This document shows, piece by piece, positions 52,731 through 64,000 of a stretch of 64,000 bases of DNA. The first letter of the stretch is position 1. The number at the start of each line of letters is the position of its first letter. The notes under the pieces were generated by a model. The model was given only the letters and a program-made list of their open reading frames with translations. It was not told where the DNA came from and did not search any database. This DNA comes from Hemiscyllium ocellatum (taxonomy: Eukaryota), in contig NC_083405.1 in the NCBI RefSeq assembly GCF_020745735.1, forward strand, positions 72,258,345-72,322,344, given 5' to 3'. The position numbers were made by a program, and so were the translations under genes.

Positions 52731-53185
52731 GCACACCTCCTCCCTTACCTCTCTCCAAGGCCCCAAGGGATCCTTCCATATCCGCCACAAATTCACCTGC
52801 ACCTCCACACACATCATCTATTGCATTCGCTGCACCCGATGTGGCCTCCAGTTTCCTCATTTCCCCTCCCCCCACCTTGTCTCAGTCGATTCCCTCGAAC
52901 TCAGCACCGCCCTCCTAACCTGCAATTTTCTTCCTGACCTCTCCGCCCCCACCCCACTCCGGCCTATCACCCTCACCTTGACCTCCTTCCACCTATCACA
53001 TCTCCATCACCCCTCCCCCAAGTCCCTCCTCCCTACCTTTTATCTTAACCTGCTGGACATACTTTCCTCATTCCTGATGAAGGGCTTATGCCCGAAAAGT
53101 CGAATTTCCTGTTCCTTGGATGCTGCCTGACCTGCTGCACTTTAACCAGCAACACATTTTCAGCTCTGATCTCCAGCATCTGCAG
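52731..53185 (+). mobile_element. Internally deleted PLE family A (GIY-YIG N-terminal remnant plus pLTR)
   Basis: QGPKGSFHIRHKFTCTSTHIIYCIRCTRCGL in ORF 52729..53130, then a jump to the 3' region. Confidence 0.85.
53070..53105 (+). ncRNA. Minimal type I hammerhead ribozyme motif, best-paired copy
   Basis: ATTC-CTGATGA-A-GGGC-TTAT-GCCC-GAAA-AG-TC-GAAT: 4-bp stem I, perfect 4-bp stem II, GUC triplet; ACGT palindrome mutated to AAGT. Confidence 0.75.
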
Positions 53186-55414
53186 NNNNNNNNNNNNNNN
53201 NNNNNNNNNNNNNNNNNNNNNNNNNNNNNNNNNNNNNNNNNNNNNNNNNNNNNNNNNNNNNNNNNNNNNNNNNNNNNNNNNNNNNNNNNNNNNNNNNNNN
53301 NNNNNNNNNNNNNNNNNNNNNNNNNNNNNNNNNNNNNNNNNNNNNNNNNNNNNNNNNNNNNNNNNNNNNNNNNNNNNNNNNNNNNNNNNNNNNNNNNNNN
53401 NNNNNNNNNNNNNNNNNNNNNNNNNNNNNNNNNNNNNNNNNNNNNNNNNNNNNNNNNNNNNNNNNNNNNNNNNNNNNNTCACATACACGCTCACACACAC
53501 TCACAGACACACATACATTCACACACACACAAACTCTCTCTCACACACACACATTGACACACATACATACCCACACATTCTCACAAACACACACTCACAC
53601 ACATTCACACACAAACTCTTTCTCACACACACACATTTTCACACACATGCATACACAAACATTCTCACACTCTCATACACACTCACACACACACACTCCT
53701 TCTCTCTCACACACNNNNNNNNNNNNNNNNNNNNNNNNNNNNNNNNNNNNNNNNNNNNNNNNNNNNNNNNNNNNNNNNNNNNNNNNNNNNNNNNNNNNNN
53801 NNNNNNNNNNNNNNNNNNNNNNNNNNNNNNNNNNNNNNNNNNNNNNNNNNNNNNNNNNNNNNNNNNNNNNNNNNNNNNTCACAACGNNNNNNNNNNNNNN
53901 NNNNNNNNNNNNNNNNNNNNNNNNNNNNNNNNNNNNNNNNNNNNNNNNNNNNNNNNNNNNNNNNNNNNNNNNNNNNNNNNNNNNNNNNNNNNNNNNNNNN
54001 NNNNNNNNNNNNNNNNNNNNNNNNNNNNNNNNNNNNNNNNNNNNNNNNNNNNNNNNATGATTAGGGAAAACCTGAGATTTATTGAAGTATTTTCTCGAAG
54101 TTTCCAGCTATCCTTGTCTACAAAGTGTGTTCTTGAAAGGATATTCATCAATTAGTGTCATGAAAGATTATCTGGTGGCTTGGATTTCCGAAAATATTTT
54201 TAATCGTGGCATCGTCATCCAATCCTATTTTATTCTATTTTGCGAGCTGCCAAGGCAATTGCAACATAAAGAAATCACAAGATCTGCAGCATCTTCTTCC
54301 TAATTTTATTTCTTAAAGTTTTGGGACAAATATACTCTCCCCTCTCCTGAATATTTTTGATAGATTATTGTTTCCTGGACCGTTTTCCCTCCAGTAACTT
54401 GCAGACTGAACCATTGTTTCTAATTGCGTGCTTTGAAAGGGAATATAGTCAAGCTGTTTAACTGTGCAGTTGCGTTGTAAACACATTTCAGCCAAATTTT
54501 CAGTCTAGTTGGAATTGTAGGTGGGTAAGTGGAGAATATCCCATCACACTCTTGACCTGTACCTTGGGGATGGTGGGCAGGTTTTTGCAGAATTAGGAGA
54601 TGAAAGTCTCATTCCAGTCATCCCACCCTCTGACCCTGTTTTTATACTCACAGTGTTATCAGATTGGACTTGTTAGGGTTTTGATCACTAATTAGTCCCA
54701 GGATGTTGGCAATAGGAAATTTTAGGCATGGTAATATTAGTGAGCTTTGCATATTCAGGCAGGAGAGATTCAGTCCAGAGTGTGACCCAGCCTATGTGAG
54801 TATATATTTCGGGGCATTTGGAGGCAGATTAGGAATTTGGTGCAGTGGGGAAGAGATGCTTGTTGCTTGGTTTTTATTGGCTGATAGTTCGTAAGTTATT
54901 TTTTAATCAGGATAAATTGAAGCCCAGGATCAGGGGCCCATCCCCAAAAGATTGATATTATAGGTAAGCCCTAAGTTCATTGGCTTGTGATAGTTACTAA
55001 TTTGACTATCGATTTTAGGTTACGTTTGGATTGAAGGTAAGTAGGAGAAATATTTGTATGGTACAAACAGAAAAATCATACAAAATTTATTTAAAATCAG
55101 ATTAAGAACTAAGTGAATAAAATAGAGATGCAGGGCCAGGTGAAGTGTTATAACTGCATGACATGGAAGCCAGTGACCCCTATTGGGGTTCATAGTGACC
55201 ACATTGATAGCAAGAGTTGGTTGCTTGAGGAAATCAGCTCAGAAAATTAGGTCATAGTAGCACTATTTAAACTAATGGGGCTGGAATCATGTTATACCCA
55301 ATACAAGTTTTAAAACGTTGCACTTTTGAAACAGCGCCCCCAATTTGTCAATTGTGCTACAGCAAACTTGTGTTAATAAAACATGTGTTTATGGCAGAAT
55401 GACTTGTATCACAA

Positions 55415-56095
55415 CTCAGTGGTCAGGGACAGGAAGCTGTGACGAGCAGTGAGGTCGGTAGAGGGATCGAGGAGGTAGTGTTGAAGGACCCTCAGTCCTT
55501 GAGCTTGTCTAACAGGTTTGAAATTATTGCTCCCTGTGTGGACGAGACTGGGGGCTGTTAGGGAAGATGAACAAACTGACAACAGGACTATGGTACAGGG
55601 TACAGGGAGCCATTCTAAAGAGAGGAGAAAAGAGAAATGTATTCGTAGTTGGAGATAGTACAGACATGTGAACAGACACTGCTGTCTGTAGCCAGGATTG
55701 AGAATCCTGAGGCTGCATTGCCGGCTTGGTGCCTGGGTTCAGGATATCTCATTTGGGCTGCAGAAGAACTTGAAGTAGAAGTGGAAAGATCCAGTTGGTG
55801 TGGTCCACGTAGGTATCAACAATATAACCAGAAAGAGGTTCTGCAGAGGAAAAATTAAATGAGGAACCAAAAAGCTAACAATCTCCAGATTACTACCTGA
55901 ACCATGAGCAAATTGACACAGGGTCAACAAGATTCAACAGGTAAACATGCCACTCAACAATTGGTGTCAAATTCATTGGCAGCAGTACTGGGGAAGCAGG
56001 GAGCTGTTCTGATGGGACATGCTTCTCCTGAATCATGCTGAGACCAGAGTCCTGGAGAATCACAGAACTCAGGCTGTGGATATGGGTTTAAATTA
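55415..56095 (+). mobile_element. Decayed CR1 ORF1 (SGNH esterase)
   Basis: LSNRFEI, VVGDST and VVVHVGINNI segments. Confidence 0.75.
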
Positions 56096-56204
56096 AAGGG
56101 TTCAGGGGCAGGGACAGGGGAGGGAGGTTGCTGATGTTGTATGGAAAATTATGGATGAAGTAAAAGGGAAGTGCTCAGCAGAGGTTATTAAAGTTTCTAG
56201 AACA

Positions 56205-56710
56205 AAGTTTAAAATCACACAACAGCAGGTTACAGTCGAACAGGTTTATTTGGGAGTCCTAGCTTTTGGAACATTGCTCCTTCATCAGGCAGCTTATGGG
56301 ATAGGATCGTAAGACACAGAATTTATAGTTCAAGATCAGAGTGTTATGTAACGTATATGACATATTGAACAAACTTAGATTGCTGTGAAGTCTTTCATCT
56401 TTTTGAATGGGTTGCAGATTTCAATTCATTAATATGTAAATCCCAGAATTTCTTTCAAGTCACATTGTTGAGATAACAAGGTGCTTTTTTAAAAAAGGTG
56501 ACATCTCAGCTCAGACAATGCATTAAAGGTGTGAGGTAAGAGTCTGGCTGTATTTCAGTCTTGAATCAGATTGGTTTTATTTCCAAAGTAGGAATTTATA
56601 AAATGTTATATAGATTGACCACCTGTACTGACTGCCTGCAGATTGTGTGCTTTTTGTGCAAAATAGAATGGATTTGCAAATATAATTCTGCAAATGCAAA
56701 TTCACCCCAG
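56205..56710 (-). mobile_element. PLE family B 3' region
   Basis: Matches 62900-63485 in reverse; CTGATGA core at ~56288. Confidence 0.85.
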
Positions 56711-58479
56711 AGCCATTCAGCTCATCGAATCTGCTCTGTCATTCAACTATAGCTGATAGGTTTTTCAATCCCATTTTCCTTCTATCTCCCTGTAACCTTT
56801 GATCTCATTGGCAAACAAGAGCTCACCTATTTCTGTTCTAAATATGCTCAATACCTGACCTCCATAGCCTTCTGTGGTAATGAATTCCACTGATTCACAA
56901 CTCTCTGGCTAAAGATGTTTCTCCTTATCTCCATTCTAAAAAGCCTTCCCTTTATTCCTCATTTCTCCTGCCAATGGAAATATCTTCTCAACATCCACTC
57001 AATCCAAGCCATTCTGTAAATTTCAATCAGCTCTACTCTCATCCTTCAAAACTTCACTGAAAAAAGTCCTAAAGTCCTCAAATATTCCTCATATGTTCAG
57101 CCTTTCATTGCTGAAATATTCTCGTGAACCTCCTCTGGACCTGCTCCAGGGCCAATACCTCCTTCCTGAGGTGTGGAGTCTAAAATTGCTCACAATGCTC
57201 TAAACGTGGTGTGACCAGAGCCTTATAAAGCCTCAGAAGTACATCCCTGCTTTCATATTCTAGTCCGAGATGAATGACAACATTGCATTTGTCTTCCTCA
57301 CTACTGACTCAACCTGAGAGAATCCTAGACTGGAACTCCCAAGTCCCTTTGCACTTCAGGTTTCTGAATTTTCTCCCCATTTAGAAAATAGCCCATGCCC
57401 ATATTCTTCCGATCAAAGTGCATGATCTCACACTTTCCCACATTATACTCCATCTGCCACTTGTTTGCCCACTCTCCTAACCTGTCTAAATCTTTCTGCA
57501 GCCTGGCTGACTCCTCAATACTAGCTGCTCCTCCACCTGCCTTTGTATCATCTGCAAACTTAGCCAGAGTGTCCTCAGTTCCTTCATCTAGATCATTAAC
57601 GTATAAAGTGAAAAATTGTGTTCCCAACACTGAGCCTTGTGGAACATTACTAATCACTGGTTCCACCCTGAGAAGGATCCTTTTATCCCCACTCTCTGCT
57701 TTCTGTCAAACAGCCAAGTTTCTAACCATGCTTGTACCTTGCCTCTAACACCATGGGCTCTTCTCTTACTCAGTATTCTCCTGTGTGACACCTTATCCAA
57801 GGTCTTGTGGAAGTCCAGATAGGTAACATCCACTGGCTCTCCCTGGTCTAACCTGCTCATTACCTCCTCAAAGAATTCTAACAGATTTGTCAGGCATGAC
57901 CTCCCCTAGATGAAACCATGCTGACTTTGCCCTATTTTACCATGCTTTTCCAAGTATTCAGAAACCTCATCCTTCACAACAGATTGCAAACTTTTACCAG
58001 TGATTAAAGTCAGGCTAATTGGCCTATAATTTTCCGTCTTTTGCCTTACTCCCTTCTTAAATTGGGGATGGGGGGGGGTTACCTTAGCGATTTTCCAGTC
58101 CTCTGGGCCCCTCCCTGACTCCAGTGGTACCTGAAAGATCACTACTAAATCCTCCACGATCTCTGCAGCTATCTCCTTCACAACTCTGGGATATAGTCCA
58201 TCTAGTCCAGGTGATTTATCCAACTTCAGACCTTTCAATGTTTCTGGCACCTTCTCCTTGGTGACGACCACCATACTAATCTCTACCCTCTGACACTTGA
58301 ATTGTTGGGATATTACTCATGTCTTCCACTGTGAAGACTGACGCAAAGTATGTATTCAATTCCTCAGACATTTCTTTGTTCCCCATTGCTACTTTGCCAG
58401 CATCATTTTCTCATGGCCCAATGCCCACTTTTGCCCTTTATATAATCTAAACAAACTCTTGTCGTCTTTCCTAATATTA

Positions 58480-58680
58480 CCATCTTCACCCCCTTCCTCC
58501 ATCCACCTGTTGTACTCTCAGCTATCCTCTCCCTAGCCCCACCCCCTCCCATTTATCTCTCCACCCCCGGGGCTCCTAGTCTCACTCCTGATGAAGGACC
58601 TTTGCCTGAAATGTCAATTTTTCTGCTCCTTGAATGCTGCCTGACCTGCTGTGCTTTTCCAGCACCACTAATCTTGACTC
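58480..58680 (+). mobile_element. PLE family A 3' fragment nested in CR1
   Basis: CTGATGA at 58588 followed by GAAATGTC. Confidence 0.82.
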
Positions 58681-60058
58681 ATCCTCCTTTTAGTATGTTT
58701 CCTTTTCCTTGAGATGAATTTTTGTTGTGTCTTCTGGATTACTCCCAGAAGCTCCTTCCATTACTGTTCCACTGTCTTTCCTGTTAGGCTCCTCACCCAG
58801 TCAATTCTAGTTAGCTCCTCCCTCATGCCTCTGTAGTTGCCTTTATTCAACTGCAATATTGTTACATTTGATTCCACCTTCTCCTTCTCAAATTGCAGCG
58901 TAAATTCAATCATATTATATTCAATCGCCTTGATAAGGGAACTGAAACACATCACTACATCTAGTATTCCTGTTGCCTAGTGGGCTCCACCACATGCTGC
59001 TCCAAAAAGCCATCTCATAAGCATTCTACAAATTCCTTTTCTTGCGATTCACTCCGACCTGATTTTCCCAATCCATCTGATCACTGTAACCGTGCTTTCT
59101 TACACACCTTCTCTATCTCTTCGTGTGTCTTATGCCCCAAATCCTGACTACCATTTGGAGGACTGCAGATAACTCTCAGAACCTTTTTTTTTAATCTTTG
59201 CAGTTCCTCAATGCTGCCCACACAGATTCTATATCACCTGACCCTACTTTATTTTTTACTAACAAAGTGATCACACCCCATCTGCTCACTTGCCTGTCTT
59301 TTCGATAGGATGTTTATCCCTTTGATATTTAGCTCCCAGTCTTGATCGCCTTGCAGCCACATCTGTGATGCCCACCACATCTCGTGAGGCCCACTACATC
59401 ATCCCTGCCAATTTTGATCTGCGCCACAAGCTCATTTACCTTATTTTGTATACTGCGCACATTCAGATACAACTTTCAGTCCTGTGTTGACTGTGCCTCT
59501 TCTCATTGTTATTCATTTATCCAGTGTGTTTGAAGTTTGATTCCCAACCCTTTCCACTGTCTGTTTTGTGTGCTGGAGACTTTAATAACCTCTCCTGAAT
59601 TCTCCTTCCTTTTCATGCTTTTCATATTTTTCAATGTAGTTGAATCCACCCCCACAGATGTTAACCTGCAGCTTTGCTTCCCATTGGTCATTATACTTCT
59701 TGGAATTTTACCTTTCCCTTCCCCCCCACTTCCTAGTTGAAAGTTTAATTGAACACACTATTTATCCTTTTTGCTGGAAAACTGGTCCCAACTTGGTTCA
59801 AGTGGAGACCCTCCCAAGAGTACAGATCCCTCCTGTTCCAAAACTGATGCCAGAGTCTGATGAAAAGGGGGCCCTCTTTCCCACACCACTCTTCTAGCCA
59901 AATGTTTACTTCATTAATCTCGTGTCCCTACATCAATCTGCATGTGACTCAGGTAGTAATCCGGATATTATAACCCTTGAGGACCTGTTCTTTAATTTGA
60001 TTCCTAGTTCCTCATACTCCTTAAACAGGTTTTCTTTCCTAATCTTGCCTATGTTGTT

Positions 60059-60180
60059 TAGAGCTGAAAATGTGTTGCTGGAAAAGCGCAGCAGGTCAGG
60101 CAGCATCCAAGGAACAGGAGAATCGATGTTTTGGGCATGAGCCCTTCTTCAGGAAGGATCTGCAGTCCTCACTATCTCCT
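60059..60180. mobile_element. Inverted PLE family A insertion nested in CR1
   Basis: Antisense pLTR to ttcaggaagg, then sense tail atctgcagtcctcactatctcct; 11-bp TSD cctatgttgtt at 60048-60058 and 60178-60188. Confidence 0.85.
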
Positions 60181-60319
60181 ATGTTGTTCAGCCCAATGTG
60201 GACCACAATCAGTCACATTGGTGTGGCTCTGTATTAATTTCCTTCTCTCCAGTGAACAGGATCCTTTTTTTAATGAAAATTCAGCAGCTTTACAATCATC
60301 ATTACTGCAACTAACCTTT

Positions 60320-60445
60320 TGATTCAGATTTATTAATTCATGGAATTTAAAATCCTTCAGCTGCTGTGGTGGGATTTAAACTCATGGCTGAGCATTTGTC
60401 CAGGCCTCTGGATCACTACTCCAATAACATTACCACTATACTACG
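60320..60445 (-). mobile_element. SacSINE1-like head fragment
   Basis: Antisense gtagtatagtggtaatgttattggagtagtgatccagaggcc...gagtttaaatcccaccacagcagc. Confidence 0.6.
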
Positions 60446-61289
60446 GTCCACACAACTGATCACAGGGGATTGATCTGGATCCTCCCTTCATCAGCTGCCT
60501 CAGCTAATTATTTGAAAAAGAAAATCATAAGCCATCAAAGGTGCCAGCTCTGGTGGTAAAACGTATGCAGTGCTAATGAATAATAAATATCACTTTTCAG
60601 TAGTCCCCTGAAAATGTTGTCACATCTAATTTTCATCAAATCTACAACTTCAACATCCCCCACTTGTGAAACTGACAGCATGGTTCAAGTGTTGCAGGTT
60701 AACAAGTTGTTGATGCAATTTCAGAGGCAAATGAGGAGTTTGCAAGTGCACGTCCTTAAAATTAGACAAAAGAAGGTGAAGGGCTGTCCAACATCAAATA
60801 GAGTGACAATTTAAGAACAAATATGGCAAATGCAGTATCCAAGAGGTTCACTTTGCTTTTTATTCTCATTGGATTATGAGAGACCCTGAACCCAGCACTA
60901 GGCCCTGTCTACAGGTAGAAATGTTATTGTCACTCTGTACATGGGAAACAATGAAAAAACGACTAACAATTTTATTGAAGAAACATTTATCAATTTGAAA
61001 TCACTCTGACTGCAAATGATCCCAATGAAGAATGCTCAAACTGGTAGATAAATGTTTTGGTAATATAGTGGTGGAGTAGGGCTTCTGAACCCAGAGATCT
61101 TCCACTCCATCTACTTTTCATTTCATATTTTCCCTATTCTCATTTTTTCTCCTTTGTTCTACTTACCTCTTTACTGTCATGTAAACCCTTCAACTCTGTT
61201 ATAACTCTCTTATTTCTAATATTTTTTAAGACATTGTAAGTAATGCTACTATTTTTCCTTTTAATCCTCTTTTGGAACCAAGATTTGAG

Positions 61290-62052
61290 CTGAGGTACTT
61301 GTACCTAAGATGGCGCCATTAAAGGCAGCCATTGTAAAAAGATTTCATTGTACTCCTGTACTGGATTACATGTGACAGTAAAGGATATTCTACTTCGATT
61401 CTCTTTTTGAAGTGTTCGGTCTCGACAATGGCATTGGTGGCAGCGAGTGAACCCGGCCCAGACTCTTAGCTGCTGCTGTGGAGGCTGGGTTCCTGGCGTA
61501 TTCTGAATTGATGGAGAGGTCCTGGCACTGACTCATGGCTGCTGTGACAGAGGAGAACTTGGGTTCCTGCTGGTGTCTGCACCCAACGCAGATTTGTGGA
61601 GTTGGCAGGGGAGGTGAGTTTGGGCACAATACGAGATCTGGCAGCATTAGCAGCAACTGCAAGGTGAGGTGAGCCCAAAGTGGGCACATGGCCGTGGCAG
61701 TGTTAAGTTTGGGCTGGTATCTGCATGGGTAAGGTCCAGCGAGGACTCATAGTGGTGATAATGATGATGGAGGCAAGATAGCGCGGAAGAGTGGCAATGT
61801 TTGTTCCAGCAACAGCAGTGCAGCGAAGGGGATTCGTGCCTGGCCACCAGGCCCATTATTCATGGAGGAGCACTTGACAACAAGGACTGTTCAGGTTGAA
61901 CTTTTTTCTTGTTTTTTTTTTAACATTTCTGCTTTTATCTTCTATATTTTGGTTTATTTTTCTGTGTTTTAAAATGACACCAGAGAGTGGCAACAATATA
62001 CAACACTTCTTACTATATTTTGTACATGTGACAAATAAAACAAATAAATCAA
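61290..62052 (+). mobile_element. Unclassified repeat with two related 3'-like modules
   Basis: aagatggcgcc...tacatgtgacagtaaa (~61308-61381) resembles aaaatgacacc...tacatgtgacaaataaa (~61971-62039); GC-richer interior. Confidence 0.4.
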
Positions 62053-62269
62053 AAGCGTGACATGTTCCTGTTCTTTGCACACAAATTAAGCCAACATTGG
62101 ACACTGGCTAATATTACCTCATGCAGTTTTAGACCCTGCCCACCATTTCCTACATGTTTGTAAGATTGTATCATCTGTCTATATTGGTCATGCAGGTTTG
62201 TGAGTATGTAGGTGTGTGTGTGTACGTGTGCTTGTGTGCGTGCATATGAGAGGGTATAGTGTAGTCTTA

Positions 62270-62777
62270 AACAGGCCATTGTTCACAGCAAACTACCCAG
62301 CCTTTAGGGCAACATCAACCACAACACCATTCAATCCTGTCATAGCAACCACTGCAAAACCTGTCTGTGTCGACACGGATGCATACACACTGCGCATTCA
62401 CACCCATGCACATGGGGACACCATCCACCATGTACACAGCAGGTACTCATGTAAGTAGACCAATGTTGTCTATCTCATGCGCAAGGATGCCCTGAGGCAT
62501 AATACATTGGCGAGACCGAGCAAACACTATGACAATAGATGACTGGACACCGCACAACGATCACCAGACAGGGATGTTCCCTCCCAGTTGGGGAACACTT
62601 CAGCCGTCAGGGACATTCTGCGTCGGATCTTCAGGTGACCATCTTCTAAAGCGTACTCCAAGGGATATGCAACAACACTTAGTGGCCGAGCAGAGGCTGA
62701 TAGCCAAGTTCGGGACCTTGGGTTCACGCCATACTACAGGTGCCTCTACTACACTATACACTCTCTCTCACACACAC

Positions 62778-62811
<34 letters not shown>

Positions 62812-63486
62812 GCTTACATTTTCACACATTCATGCAGAGCCTCTCTCATACACATGCTCTGTCTCAGACACACACACATACACACACACACATTTATAAG
62901 TCTATGGGGTGAATCTGCATTAGCAGAATTGTGTTTACAAATACATTCTATTTTTGTTCAAAAAGCACACAACCTGCATGCAGTCAATGCAGCCAGTCAA
63001 TCCATGTGACATTTTATAAATTCCTACTTTGGAAATAGATCCAGCCCGACTAAATATTGGGATACAGACAGACTCGAATCTCACACCTTTAATACATTGC
63101 CTGAGCTGAGATGTCACTTTTTTTTATAAAAGCTCAAAAGAAGTTCGGGGATTTACATATGAATGGACCGAAACCAGCAACCAATTCTAAAAGATGAAAG
63201 ACTTAACAGCAATCTCGGTTTGTTCAATATGTCGTCTTAATTGCATGACACTGTGATCTTTTGCTATAAATTCTGTGTCTTATGATCCTGCCCCACTAGT
63301 TATCTGATGAAGAAACAGCACCCCGAATGCTAGTACTTCCACATAAACCTGTTGAACTCTAACCTGGTGTTGAAGAGCGTAGTGCCGGTCAGGCAACATC
63401 TGAGGAGCAGGAGAATCGATGTTTCAAACATAAGCCCTTCATCAGAAATGAGGAATAAACTGGTTTTGTGTGATTTTTAACTTTGA
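62270..63486 (+). mobile_element. PLE family B 3' half: Cys-rich linker, GIY-YIG endonuclease, CA tract, pLTR
   Basis: TNVVYL...YIGETEQTL...SLPVGEHFS..GHSASDL...AEQRLIAKFGT; short inverted piece at ~62200-62265; family A insert at ~63372-63455. Confidence 0.88.
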
Positions 63487-64000
63487 TCGTTTACATTGCC
63501 ACCTGCAACTTGGCACCGTACACACTTAGCACTCCAATTATTTCAATTAGAGGTCATAAATATTTAATTGTTATCTCTCAAGGTATTAAGGAGTCCAGGA
63601 AAACCATCCAGTCCCAAGGACTGGAACATTCAACCACAAGAAGTTGCTGAGACAAATAGCTTAAATAAAGTTAAAGGGAATTGAAATAAACATCTGTGGC
63701 AGAAAGGAATGCTGGGAAGATTTGATAAAATGCATTGGGGAGGTCATTTTCTCTTGACCATAAATGTTGTCATGGATCACTTTGAATGACTTACTTCACT
63801 ACGAGGAACATTGGCTTGATTTTACAGGGTAGGGTGAAACCTTGTGGGGAGGAGGTGGAGGGAGCAGGGTGATCAAGTGATCTTTGCCCATGTCAGCTTC
63901 CTTGCATCCATGGCTACAGCCAGAGCAACAGTCCCTAGAGACTCAAGACCAAGGAATCACATAGGCCACAGGAACATACTGGAGAGAAGGCTTTCACAGG

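Larger units (their letters stand above)
51948..54056. repeat. (CA)n/(CACT) compound microsatellite with assembly gaps
   Basis: Visible CA arrays; N runs at 52324-52692, 53186-53478, 53715-53878 and 53887-54056. Confidence 0.95.
56711..60210 (-). mobile_element. Long decayed CR1 (end of ORF1, ORF2, 3' end)
   Basis: ORFs 57325..57666 (VPQGSVLG...KFADDTK), 57654..57860, 57906..58274 (KSPGLDGLYPRV, NYRPISLT) and 58761..58955. Confidence 0.92.

Noticed and set aside
52134-54155. Long His/Thr-rich ORFs
   Set aside because: Translations of CA microsatellite and N gaps.
54313-54495. ORF containing RNCT, resembling Caspr CGIERNCT
   Set aside because: Flanking residues do not match, and the true exon is at 31730-31886.
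1-64000. Depletion of intact hammerhead cores on the CNTNAP2 sense strand (about 6 on + versus 2 on -)
   Set aside because: Too few copies to distinguish from chance; needs a genome-wide test.
31887-64000. CNTNAP2 exon 13 (and exon 16 in 1-20521)
   Set aside because: Searched by eye for CEQY...SRLLNTP and NYWNAASF...FYFKT without a match. Probably outside the window, though a miss or a location inside an N gap cannot be excluded.

Overview
Eukaryotic, repeat-rich vertebrate DNA. An HE1-type SINE, SacSINE1-like SINEs and abundant CR1 and Penelope-like elements point to an elasmobranch (shark) genome. The window appears to lie within a minus-strand CNTNAP2 (Caspr2) gene. Two coding exons are present: 31730-31886 (157 bp) and 20522-20649 (128 bp), corresponding to exons 14 and 15 (fibrinogen-like domain). 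The rest is intron filled with decayed CR1, L2/Crack-type LINEs, SINEs, solo LTRs, a fossil Harbinger transposase, a split 19-bp minisatellite and CA-repeat arrays with assembly gaps. The most striking non-genic signal is about 20 Penelope-like (PLE) 3'-end copies carrying minimal type I hammerhead ribozyme motifs. Many are miniature fold-back (inverted) insertions with 11-16 bp target-site duplications, one arm with and one without the ~35-nt tail, and an inversion point that repeatedly falls at the 5' edge of the ribozyme core. All calls were made by eye; TE boundaries are approximate unless a TSD is quoted.
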